Shown here: piece by piece, positions 13,094 to 24,891 of the stretch | How the letters are laid out: every line of letters begins with the position of its first letter | Position numbering within the stretch: the first letter of the stretch is position 1 | Assembly (NCBI GenBank): GCA_964106645.2 | Contig: OZ067049.1 | Origin: Podarcis pityusensis | Taxonomy: Eukaryota | Length of the DNA stretch: 64,000 nt | Strand: one strand, 5' to 3' | Position numbers and translations under genes: made by a program | The notes under the pieces: generated by a model | What the model was told of the DNA's origin: nothing | Database searches by the model: none | Seen by the model: only the letters and a program-made list of their open reading frames with translations

Positions 13094-13442
13094 GGTAAAG
13101 GGACCCCTGACCATTAGGTCCAGTCGTGACCGACTCTGGGGTTGCGGCGCTCATCTCGCTTTATTGGCCGAGGGAGCCAGCGTACAGCTTCTGGGTCATG
13201 TGGCCAGCATGACTAAGCTGCTTCTGGCGAACCAGAGCAGTGCACAGAAACGCCGTTTACCTTCCCGCCGGAGCGGTACCTATTTATCTACTTGCACTTT
13301 TGACGTGCTTTCGAACTGCTAGGTTGGCAGGAGCAGGGACCAAGCAACGGGAGCTCACCCTGTCACGGGGATTCGAACCGCCAACCTTCTGATTGGCAAG
13401 TCCTAGGCTCTGTGGTTTAACCCACAGCGCCACCCGCGTCCC
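13094..13442 (-). mobile_element. Sauria SINE, full length
   Basis: Reverse complement of the 7608 SINE. TSD CACCATGGTGGTA at 13085-13097 and 13444-13456; the left copy overlaps the tail. Confidence 0.95.
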
Positions 13443-13625
13443 ACACCATGGTGGTATACAATCAATTACCGGTAATAAACTGAATTGATGGGGGCAGGTA
13501 AAGGATCTTGCCTTGACTAGGGCATACGCAGACTGCTCCCAAGGGCTGGATGTAGCGATGGGGGTGAAATTTAATTCAGTTTAGATTTATGATGAACCTA
13601 CCTAGTTCTCATTTTACAATTTTTC

Positions 13626-14934
13626 TTTTCTTTTTCTTTTTTTAAAATAACTTTTATTCAGAATTGAAATAAAACATATTATCCAGAAACATATTGTCAG
13701 GGGTTCAGGGACAGAGGCACAGGGTAGGCAGGAGACGGAGAGCGATGGGGATGAATCCCAGGACAGCGAGGAAGAGGATGACAATGACTCTAGAGATTCC
13801 ATGAGTCTTTCCAGCGAATCAGAGGATTCCCAGAAGGGGGCGCCGGTGGTCAAGGCCAGGGGAGCCCCAGGGGGGACCTGTCAGGAGCAGGGGGCCAGCG
13901 GGGGATCCCAAAGTGGCAGCTGGGCGTCAGGACCAGCCTCCCCGCCAGAGTGCAGCGAAGGGGGTGGAGGTTCCAGTGTATCAGGGGAGGCGGCTCCGGC
14001 AGTAGAGAAAGGAGGGAGGTCGGAGCAAGCCACCCTCCCGGAAGGGGAGGGGAGTAGTGAAGGGAGTAGCGTAGCTGTCAAAAGGAAAGTTAGAGGTTGG
14101 GGGCGCGCGCCAAGTTCAAATGTAGAGGCGCGCGGAAGTACAGGGAGCCCGGAGGAGGGGCCAGGTCCCAAAGCCCGCAGGAGGGGGCAAGAGCAGTCTG
14201 ATTCCGCGTTGGAGGAATCCAGGAGGGGCGAAACCCCAGTGGGCAGAAAGACCCTGCGGAAAAGGAAAGAGAGAAAGAGGTGGAGCAGCGCAAGCCTCTT
14301 AAACTGGTGCAGGGCGGGGACAGATTCAGAAGGGACTTCAGCGGTCTAAGCCTAGCAGACGTAGGGCTGCGCGCCTCGGATCTGAAGCAAACAATGAACT
14401 GCAATAAACACTTTTGTATATAAGAAAAGAAAGGCGTTGGTCTTTTGTGAGCTGAGACTTGAGGCAGCCCTGACACATATCATCCTTATTTTTCGCCATT
14501 TTCCTCCCTCCCCCCACAGAACCCCACCCCCACCCCCGACTTCCCTCAGTTCCAGTCCTTGATTTCTCTAAAAATGCTGTTTTCTGCATGTTACACAGTT
14601 GTATAAATCGTCAAACTATTTAACTGATTATTATCAATAAAAAGTTTGTGAATGTTTATTCAAAACCAGCCAAGGAGTCCAGTTCGCTTTGTTGTGTCTT
14701 CAAATACTTTGTAAAGGGTTCCCATTCATCTTCAAAGTCACAGTTATTCTTGTCCCATAGCTTGTATGTCAGTTTTGCCAGTTCTGCATAGTCCATCAAT
14801 TTTTCTTGCCATGATTCTTTAGTTGGGGTTTCTTCAGTCTTCCATCCTTGTGCTACCAGAACTCTTGCGGCTATTGTCGCATACATGAAGATGTTTTTCA
14901 GCTTTTTTGGCAGATCTTTCCCTACAATCCCTAA
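13626..14934 (-). mobile_element. L1 LINE 3' fragment, interrupted by a solo LTR
   Basis: ORF 14656-14886 (MYATIAARVLVAQGWK...W.EKLMDY.E) is homologous to the C-terminus of ORF 20828-21895. A-rich tail with AATAAA. 11-bp TSD TACAATTTTTC / TACGATTTTTC. Confidence 0.88.
13695..14475 (+). mobile_element. Young solo LTR (Ty3/Gypsy-type, 781 bp) containing a long ORF
   Basis: Termini TGTCAGGG / CCCTGACA; perfect 5-bp TSD CATAT (13690-94, 14476-80); AATAAA at about 14403; CpG-rich. Confidence 0.9.
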
Positions 14935-16451
14935 TACGATTTTTCAAAAGGACTTGCTTTCTTTATTTAAAAATGCAGATTGATGCGGAAGTGTGGAGAA
15001 CTGAACTTAAGAGTGGAAAAATGAGAAATTGAAATTTTCAGATTTGTCCATCATTATCTGGATGCTCATTGGGTCAGGGTGCCAGGAATTGTGTGTACCA
15101 ATTCCCTTCCCCACTCCGCCCCCAGTGCCCTTGCATGAATGGGTGTCCGGCTTTTGTACCCTGCTCTCTTGGTGTGCAATCTGACAGGGGAATTATCACG
15201 GCCATCAATAGGATTAGTATTATTTATTTTCATGACTACAGAGTTGGTTCCTTCTTCTGTTTTGTATGGGTTGTGTGCAAAAATTATGGAAATGCTTTCC
15301 TAAACTTTCAAAAATATTGAAGGGAAAGTGTGGCAGTGTTTATAGTCTCAGGAAAACTTGCCAGTGCTTTAAATCCATAATTCTTGAATATAATATTCTT
15401 ATTTCATGGGAGAATGAGCTTCCAGCCACAAAGCAACAAATCAGTTCATTTTCCAGTGAACCTGTCACAGTCCCATCTTTGAACAAGACCACAGGTGTCA
15501 CCATTGTCAGCTGTAGGGTATACACTGGGGGGTAGGGGGTGGGGGAGAAGTTGGAAGGAAAGCACATACATTAGAGAGTGCTGTACTGGAAAGACCAAAT
15601 GGCTCTAGGGACTGGAAATAGGATAAAAACCCTTTCGTGAGGTCACTGTTTTCACATCCAGCTCATCTAATAGCTTTGATCGGCGACCTAGATGGTGTTA
15701 GTTCAGTTCCGAGAGGACATGTGTCAACATTACAGGAACAAGCGTCACTAATTGGCACTCTGGTTACTAATAAAAGATGTGAGCCCAACAACTCAGAGGG
15801 CATAGAAGCTGAACTTATCCCTTACTCCTTGGTCTGCATCCTCTCCCTAAGACTAGAGAACACTGACAAGGTGGTGTGTGAAATTTCACACTGCTCCTTC
15901 GCATTGGAATATAGAGAAGACAAGTCCCCAAAGACACCTGCCTTGACATCTTTAATGAGGTCCAAAATCTAAAGAGCAAAAAGCAAGAGAGAGAAACAAC
16001 ACTTTGTACCGGCAAAGGAAATCCAGCCAATTAGGGCCTATTATTCCCCGCAGAGAGAAATCTCACAGACTCAGCAGAGTGCAGTGGAAGAGGAGTAAAT
16101 CTTTGTAGTGCTTCCCACTTCCATTAGTTGGACCAAGACTCCTTTTGTGAGCACGGTCACCTGATTTATTTCCCCAAGGCATAAAGTAACTGCACAGTTG
16201 TAGGGGAAATGGTCTGAATAAAGTAAGGACCAATGTTAGCTTTATTTCTTGATGAAATAGGAATCGCAGTTAGTTATTTTGCTTTAATAGCAAGGGCTGA
16301 AACACATCTCCTGACAGCAGTCCCAATTTATCCATAATTTGTAAATGGTGGAGCAAAAAGAATATTAATAGCAGTGGAGCAGAGGACTCATTGGCAGGAA
16401 TTTCCAACCCAGCAATGGAAATTACCATATCCCCACCCACAACTTTTATTC

Positions 16452-16660
16452 TGACCAAATGTAGATATTTAAAGCATACTGAGCATACATTTAAAAACAT
16501 ATGACTTTCTTCAAAGAATTCTGAGGACTGTATTTGGTAAGGGTACTGGATATGGTAGCTCTGTGACGGGGAAACTACAGTTCCCATGATTCCTTGGGGA
16601 AGTCTTGTGCTTTAAATGTGCATTGAATTTGCTTTAAATGCATAGTGTGGCTCTGTCCCC
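16452..16660. mobile_element. Palindromic PIF/Harbinger-like MITE
   Basis: CATTTAAA..GAATTCTG..ACTGTA / ACTACAGTTCCC..TTTAAATG inverted arms; same family as 18032, 30197 and 53126. Confidence 0.6.
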
Positions 16661-17457
16661 AAATCTATACAGAGCCCTTATATTCCCGGTTTGATCACTG
16701 AGATAATCTGCAGTCATATCGTTGGTTGTTCCCCAATTTGGCAAGGCTCATTTGACGACAACAACAAACCGAGCCTTTAGTGTCATCAGCCCAAGTTTAT
16801 AGAATATCCTGCCAACAAAGGTTACTCAGGCACCTTCTGTTTCACCTTTTAAATGCCTACTGAAAACTCTGTCTAGCTTATTATGAATATATATTTCCAT
16901 AATAGTTGCACTGTTGTAAACTATGGTAAACTGCCCCAACATATATATATATTTATGAACAGTAGTAAATAAACAAATAAAACGAGGAAGGAATATGTCA
17001 TTATTAGAGAAGCTCATGATTCTGGAATTTCTACAGAACATGGTCTGACTGTCCCAGTCACAGCCCTATGATAGTACATTGGCTATTTCTACAAACCACG
17101 TAAATGGTTTCATTCCAATATTTCCCCATAGATGTTTCACAATAATCATAAGAACAAAACAAATAGTTATCTTTCTTTATAGCAACCTAATTTTAAAGGG
17201 TTATCGTCATAACAATAAGTTCACTTTCTGCTTCCCAGGAAAAAAGAAGCATCAACATCTGTTGCTTTCACTTCTCCCTTTTGAAGAAAGCACCACTTGT
17301 GCTGACAATTCCATCCTGACATTTGGCTCTGTAATAGTAAAGTCCTGTGCATGATTCTACAAGAGAAAAAAGCTGAGTTCAGTGGGACTTACTCTATCAT
17401 AAGTATGTTTAGGATTGCAGCCATAATGTGCTCAGATGGGAAATATATCCACATAAT

Positions 17458-17720
17458 CAGGGCCAGTCCTACCATAAAGAAAAGTGAAGCAACTGCCTCA
17501 GGCAACAGATACTGGTGGGCTGGGAAGTTGGCAACACAGAGGACACGGCTGTGTGAATCATTCAGCCTACCTTTTGCTCTCTAAGATCACCTGCTGGCCT
17601 AAAGAGGCTGCTGCCCTCTCACCAGGGTTGAAATAAGTTCCTGTCAGTTTCTGCTTGTGGAAATGAGGGGCATCATCTTGTCAGTTGTCTCAGGGAGCAA
17701 AATGTCTTAGGCCAGCCCTG
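17458..17720. mobile_element. hAT-like MITE
   Basis: TIRs CAGGGCCAG / GGCCAGCCCTG; imperfect 8-bp TSD CACATAAT / CACATTGC. Confidence 0.6.
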
Positions 17721-18031
17721 CACATTGCACATGCTTCCTGAGACTATTCTGCTTTAAACTGGGGTGGGTGGAGTGTCTTGAGTTTGAATCTTCCCCCATG
17801 CAAACAGAAACTCAAAAAAAAAGTATTTGCACATGAAAACTGAGCATGTCAGGAGGGAAGACCAACCTGGAATGTTTCTGAGTACTATACTATCATCCTA
17901 TGGCAGAGTGTTTTCTTTTTTGGTGGAGCATTTAATTTTGTGATTCCCTTACTTTGTTGTAAAATGGAACAGTCCTATGAAGGCTAGAAAACTGAGCTTT
18001 TCTCAAGTGTAGATTGCACCCAGCTTTCTAT

Positions 18032-18214
18032 GGCTGTGTATACACACCATACATTTTAATCACACCGGGAGCACATTATCCCCTTCCCCCCAAGAATCAT
18101 GGGAACTGCATTTTACCCTTCACAGAACTATAATTCCCAGCACCCATAACAAATTACAGTTCCTGGGGTTTTGGGGGACATGTGCCCTTTAGATGTATTG
18201 TATGTGCATAGACC
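18032..18214. mobile_element. Palindromic Harbinger-like MITE
   Basis: GGCTGTGTATACACACCATACATTT... with an inverted partner at the right end; internal GGGAACTG / CAGTTCC arms. Confidence 0.6.
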
Positions 18215-18241
18215 AGATATTCAGTATTGATGCATAGAACA

Positions 18242-18460
18242 TACAGGCAACCCCCTATTTACATGTGCTCAATATGCACGGGATTGCACATATGTGCAGA
18301 ACCCAGAAGTGACTCGAGAACGACACAAAAACATCACAAAAAGGGGGCAGAATGGGTTGGGGTGGAGTCGGAATGGAATGGAATGTTTGCAGGCTTTTTC
18401 ACTTGTGATTCAAATATACGCTGATGCGTGTGGTGCCTCAGAATGTAACTCCCACGCTTG
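18242..18460 (+). mobile_element. Tc1/mariner-type MITE remnant
   Basis: TA-CAGGCAACCCCC start; shares ATTTACATGTG..AACCCAGAAGTG..AAAAGGGG with the sequence from 58754. Confidence 0.45.
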
Positions 18461-19067
18461 TATTTAAATATTTTTAACTCTTTGCCCTAATAAGGTTACT
18501 ACCAAGGGTGAAATGGTATTAATAATGGCATTTGCATTGATAGGACCTTATTCTTGAAACTTCTTGAAGAAGTAGAAATATAAATGTTTGGTGAAATGTT
18601 TGTTGCCTTTCTGTTTATTAACATTGTTGAAATAGATTTTACTCCATCAGCCTCCATCTTTTTATTCTGTCGCATATGATTTCAGCTCAGAATCTTAGCA
18701 AGACTATTTGCCACATGTAGGCAATTCATTTAAAGGTGTCTATTTATTGGGGTATTCAATAAAATATATGATGAGCAAACAACATCGAAAGAACATCAAC
18801 ATGCAAAACTTGTAAGAGCAGACATTAAAGAGGCCTTGAGAACCTCATTAAATCAATCAGGCTTGTTTTCCTTCTAAGAGAATGAAAGTTCACAGCATAT
18901 AGAACAAACTTGCTGCAAATTCACAATTAAAGTTTACAGAAGAGAAACAACATGAAATGGTTCTGTAGTTCAGTTGCTGCTCAGCTCTCGCCAGCCCATG
19001 TCGTGTCCCCCTGTTGGTTCCTCTATACACCCTTGCCCAGCACAATTTCACATTTATTAGCCCTGGG

Positions 19068-19470
19068 CTAGGGGTAGTCAAAACTGGCATGGCATACCCT
19101 CCAACACCACATCTTCAAAATCCTCCTGGACACCATCTTCCCATTTTTTTCCTCCTGACAGCACAACAGCCATTTTGGAAGCTGTGATCTTGTGCAATTT
19201 CGTGCTATAATATCCCACTGAAAACAGTGCTTTGGGGGGCATGGCACCCCAAAGCACGTGTTTTGGGGCACTGCACAAGATTGCAGCCCTGAATAAAGAG
19301 TTTTTTGAGGGGAATCATGGCACGAAATCACACAAGATCACAGGACCCAAAATGGCCATCGTTCTCTCAGGAGAAAAAAATGGGCTTTCCCAGTTTTTCT
19401 GGGACACTTGTAGGGTATGGGTATGGACCATGTACTGGCAGTATCAGTAACCACCGGGCCAGTATTGAAA
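19068..19470. mobile_element. Non-autonomous DNA element (family shared with 61100-61380)
   Basis: Shared CCCTCCAACA..GGAC(A/G)CCATCTTCCCATTTT..GCCATTTTGG, with internal inverted arms. Confidence 0.45.
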
Positions 19471-19520
19471 ATGAGCTCCAGGAATAATTTACAAGAAGAT
19501 CCAAGAATCATGATCTACAG

Positions 19521-19644
19521 CAGGAATGGGAAACCTGTGGCCTAAGGGATGTTGTTGAACTACAACTCCCATCATCCCTGACCATTGGCCATGCTGGAGT
19601 TGAAGTCCAGCAACATTTGAAGGGCCACAAATTCCCCATCACTG
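19521..19644. mobile_element. hAT-Charlie-type MITE
   Basis: CAGG...CACTG ends, ACTACAACTCCCATCATCCCT core, TSD ATCTACAG / ATCTAAAG. Related copies near 31025-31162, 36621-36750, 40610-40705, 45930-46035 and 63145-63290. Confidence 0.8.
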
Positions 19645-20432
19645 ATCTAAAGGAAAGTCAAGCCAAGGTTCCCATCCAAGGATGCTGAAAGATGGATGCA
19701 GATATTTTTAATGCAGGTTAGGTAGGAAGGCTGGAGATGCACAGCACAGAAAGTAAGTAAGGGCGAAAGTCAGTCAAAAACAAAGAGGAACAGGAGCCTG
19801 CCTTAGTCAGACCACTGGCATAACTAGCTCAGTATTGTCTGTTTATTTAGAGTTGACTCTGCCACTGCTTCAGAGACCTCCCCTAGCTAATTTATAGCCA
19901 GGTCAGGTAAAGAAGGACCATTTGGCAGCCTGCAATTGGAAACAAGAGAAGAGAGAGCCTTGGAGGCAAATAAAAGTACAATTTAATCAGCCCGATGAAT
20001 AACACTCTTCCTGGGAGCACTGGTGAAACACAGCAACCTTCTCTGTCCTATGCATTATGCCGCAAAGTGTGAAATCCAAGCATCTTGGAAATTTGATTGG
20101 TAGGTTAAGTATTGTCGGTTTGCAAGCCCCCTCCACAGAGGCTGGTCCCTCTCATTGTCCTCGGAGCTTGCTTACCGGTAACCTCCTCTGGCTGATATCC
20201 AGACAGACCAGGGAGATTTTGATAGGCGACATTTTCCCAAGCGTGGGTAAAATGCACAACCCCTCCTCCTGCTTCCGCAGGGGAAAGAAAAGTAGTCAGA
20301 AATCTATTTACATGATGTTTATTTCTGACATTACAGCACTAGAGAAAAACACGTCCTTTCAGTTCAGTTCTTCCAGCAAGTCTGACAAACTTCCTGAACA
20401 TGCGCAGTCGGAAGGTTTCAAGTTACACTCTT

Positions 20433-23400
20433 TTATATATATATATATATATAATATTTATTAATTTTCCAACAATTAAAACACAACAATACAAAAGAAA
20501 AAATATAAAGAAAAGAAAAAAACAATGCAATACAATACAAAAACACTACAAAACACTAACACATAAAACTAATAAAACAAAAACAAAAACATTTCATTAT
20601 CTTATCTTTCATTCACATGTTTCCACGACCTCCTCACACCTCCCTTTTTGTATTCCACTTCTGTTAATTGTTTCAGCAATTCCTTTCCATCTTCCTCTGT
20701 TTTCTATCCTATAATTATCTTAACACATTCTAACCTTATTTTTCCCTTTAATACTCTATTAATCTATTTATACTTAATTCCTTATAACATTTCTACTAAA
20801 GCCATATAACTTCATTCCAACATTTTTCTAACATTCATTAATTTTACAGTATTTCTGTAAATAATCTTTAAACTTTTTCCAGTCTTCTTCCACCGATTCT
20901 TCTCCCTGGTCTCGGATTCTGCCATTCATTTCCGCCATTTCCATATAGTCCATCAACTTCATCTGCCATTCTTCCCGGGTGGGTAAATCTTGCGTTTTCC
21001 AATACTTCGCGATGAGTATTCTTGCTGTTGTTGTTGCATACATTAAAAAAGTTCTGTCCTTCTTTGGCACCAATTGGCCGACCATGCCCAGGAGAAAGGC
21101 CTCTGGTTTCTTCAGGAAGGTATATTTAAATACCTTTTTCATTTCATTATAAATCATCTCCCAGAATGTCTTAATCCTTGGGCATGTCCACCAAAGGTGA
21201 AAGAATGTGCCTTCAGTTTCATTACATTTCCAACATTTATTGTCAGGTAACTTATAGATTTTTGCAAGCTTGACTGGTGTCATGTACCACCTATAAATCA
21301 TTTTCATTAAGTTCTCTCTTAAGGCATTACATGCCGTAAATTTCATACCTGTGGTCCATAACTGTTCCCAGTCAGCCATCATAATGTTATGTCCAACGTC
21401 TTGTGCCCATTTAATCATAGCAGATTTCACCATTTCATCCTGAGTGTTCCATTTCAACAGCAAGTTATACATTTTTGACAAATTCTTAATTTTGGGATCT
21501 AACAATTCTGTTTCCAATTTTGATTTTTCCACCTGGAAACCAACTTTTTTATCCAGGTTATATGCCTCCATTATTTGATAGTAATGGAGCCAATCTCGCA
21601 CTCTGTTTTTCAATTTTTCAAAGCTCTGCAGTTTTATTCTGTCTCCATCTTGTTCTAAAATTTCCCAATATTTCGGCCATTTGGCCTCCATATTGAGTTT
21701 TTTCTGAGCCTTCGCTTCCATTGGTGACAACCATCTTGGGGTTTTATTTTCTAGCAAATCCTTATATCTTATCCAAACATTAAACAGTGCTTTTCTAACA
21801 ATATGGTTTTTAAACGCTTTATGTGCTTTTACCTTATCATACCACAAATATGCATGCCAGCCAAATACATTGTTAAAACCTTCTAAATCCAGCACATCAG
21901 TATTTTCAAGATGTAGCCATTCTCTCAGCCAGCAAAAAGCAGCTGATTCATAGTAAAGTTTAAGGTCTGGCAGGGCAAATCCACCTCTTTCTTTAGCATC
22001 AGTTAATATCTTAAATTTTATTCAAGGCTTCTTGCCCTGCCAGACAAATCTAGAGATATCTCTCTGCCACTTCTTGAAACGATCCATCTTGTCCAAAATC
22101 TGCAACGTTTGAAACAAAAACAACATCCTCGGCAGCACATTCATTTTTACCGCAGCAATTTGGCCTAGCAATGATAACTTCAAATTTGACCATATTTCTA
22201 AGTCTTTTTTCACTTCAATCCAACATTTTTCATAGTTATCCTTAAATAAGTTCACATTCTTGGCAGTCATGTTAACCCCTAAATATTTTACTTTCTTGAC
22301 CAGTGTTAATCCTGTCTCCTCCTGAAACTTTTCTCTCTCATTCACAGTTAAATTTTTCTCTAAGACCTTAGTTTTCATCTTATTCAACTTAAAACCTGCT
22401 ACCTGTCCAAATTCTTGAATCAGTTCCAATACCCTTTTAGTACTAGATTCTGGCTCCTGTAAAGTCAGTACTAGGTCATCTGCAAATGCTTTCAGTTTGT
22501 ACTGTTTAGCTCCCACTTGTATACCTTTAACCAATTGGTCCCTTCTAATCATATTTAACAGAACCTCCAGGACCGAAATAAAAAGCAATGGAGAGATTGG
22601 GCAACCTTGTCGTGTTCCTTTCTCAATCTTAAACTGTTCTGTCACTACATTGTTCACAATTAATTTTGCCTTTTGTTCTGAATAAATTGCACTTATACCA
22701 TTTTCAAAACCTTGACCTACCCCCATCCCCTGTAAATTCTTCTTCATAAAACTCCAAGAAATATTATCAAAGGCTTTCTCCGCATCCACAAATATCAGAA
22801 CTGCTTTAGTATTAATATTCACTTGTAATTTTTCTAAGATATTCATTATGTTCCTCATATTGTCTGACAAATGTCTGCCCGGGAGAAACCCGCTTGATCT
22901 TTATGAATTTCTTCTACTAACACCTTTTTTTAATCTTTTAGCCAAAATGTCAGCAAAAATTTTATAATCCACATTAAGCAGCGATATGGGGCGGTAATTC
23001 TTAAGCTGTGTCTTTTCAGTCTCTGTTTTCGGTATAAGTGTAATATAGGCTTCTTTCCACGATTCTGGTGCCCTTTTCCCTTCCAATATATCATTACAGA
23101 CTTCCTTCAATGGTTGTATTAACCATTCTTTCAAAGTTCTGTAATATCTTGAAGTCAAACCATCCGGTCCTGGAGATTTACCTAATTGCATGTTCTGGAT
23201 GGCCCCTTCCATTTCCTGATCCGTTATTTTATAATTCAACATTGACTTATTTTCCTGAGAGATTTTCTGTAGTCCATTTATTTTCAAGAATCGATCTATG
23301 TCCATTTCTTTCTGCTTCTCCTGTGTATAAAGTTGTTTAAAGTACCTCTGGAAGCACTTTCTAATCTCCACTGGATTCTGTATATTCTTTCCTTCCACTT

Positions 23401-23728
23401 CCAAGTTCGTAATAGTATTAAGTTTTTGTCTTTTTTTCATTTGCCAGGCCAACAATTTTCCACACTTATTTGCCGATTCAAATGTCTTTTGTCTCATCTG
23501 TTTAATCTTCCATTCTATTTCCTGATTCGTCAATTTCATATATTGTACTCGGTATAACTTTATCTCTTTCAGGATCTCCTGTGACTTTGGTTTTGCTCTC
23601 AGTTTCTTCTCTCCTTCCTTTATTTTGTCCAAGATTTTATCTTTTTTTTCATTTTTAATTCTCTTCTTGATTACATTCTGTTGTATCAAGAATCCTCTCA
23701 TAACCACTTTACTTGCATCCCATATTAC
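20433..23728 (-). mobile_element. 5'-truncated L1 LINE (about 3.3 kb)
   Basis: Perfect 16-bp TSD TTCAAGTTACACTCTT (20417-32, 23729-44). ORF2 motifs present; 3' UTR with AATAAA and a (TA)n tail. Confidence 0.96.
20828..23728 (-). pseudogene. L1 ORF2 reverse transcriptase, disrupted; endonuclease domain missing
   Basis: KSPGPDG, NYRPISLLNVDYKI, DAEKAFD, GTRQGCPISP, FADD, KYLG and the C-terminal CWKC..H..W.C knuckle. Broken by paired indels near 22886-22931 and a TGA at 22022-24. Confidence 0.95.
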
Positions 23729-24891
23729 TTCAAGTTACACTCTTCACAAAGACTTATCCAACCTGTGAACGTCCTGGGAAATTCTTCTTTCCCACAGATA
23801 GGTGCATCATGTGATGTCAACAATCTGGCTGTGTGCAGCGGTGATGTTTCCATATACTGACAAGTATAACTTGGACTATTCTGGTGATTTGAATTTGCCA
23901 GATGCAAGCGTGGAAAGACACAAAAGCACCTGCTCTCTCCTGAGGCCAATGTGAAAATGAGGTTATATCTCCTGAGCATATGTTTTGCAAACGAAACCTC
24001 CACACAACACACTTTTTTATTTTTCTGATATGCAAAAACACACTGTGCTTTGGAAACCAGGGAAAGTCTAATTAAAGTCAAATCAACGGGGTGTCGGGGG
24101 GAGCCCTTTCTCAACTATGCTATTTTTGTTCCGCTTTTGCAAAGTCTTTATTTCATCTTTCTTTGTCTTCATGTCTGGGCTCAGAGTCAGCTCAAAAAGC
24201 TGATTCCAGAAGAGAATTAGAGTATTGGCAGCTGCTGTGATTGCCATGAACCCAACAGACATACAGCAAACTCAGAAACCCAGAAGGGTTTGCTTAACAT
24301 AATGTATATGGTGAAAGGGGTTAATCTAACTGTAACATCCCTAAATTCACTGATGAAATGCAGTTTTTCTTCTCCTCTGCTAGTCCAACTCCTTCACTGA
24401 GGACAGGAAGAGGAACATGTAAGGTTCCTTCTGTAAAACAATGGCAAACACATAAGTTTCCATTTCCTTCCTCTTTTTTCCTTATGGGATTGCACCTGCT
24501 TAACTGCTGATCAGATGCCATTGTGGCAAATCACCATGGAATTCCTAACCACTGCAAAAGTATATAAATATAGATATAGTGTACTGTATTTCTATCTTAA
24601 TGCTACTAGGCTACTAGGCTACTAGGCTAAAGCATTCCTAAAGGCTACTTGTGCTAAAAGAAATGTTTCGGTCATATCCCCCACTGCAAACTTTTTTAAA
24701 ATGGCAAATTAAGTCACAAGACTTTGGCGAAGCAGTTTTGCAACTGAAGTGTTCCTCTTCAGATCCTTTCATAACAAAGAAGAGTACGAGACAAAAGGAA
24801 CCAGAATCCATTTAGTTCAAAAAACCAGCTGCATCCAAAAATTCCTATTAGATTATCAAGCGTAATAGGAGGTATCCAAATATATTTTAAA

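Larger units (their letters stand above)
13550..15055. mobile_element. Old non-autonomous DNA element split by the L1/LTR nest (outer pieces 13550-13625 and 14935-15055)
   Basis: The outer pieces (GAAATTTAATTCAGTT..AACCTACCTA and GAACTGAA..GGAAAAATGAGAAA..CAGATTTGTC) match the two ends of the element at 59201-59700. Confidence 0.5.
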
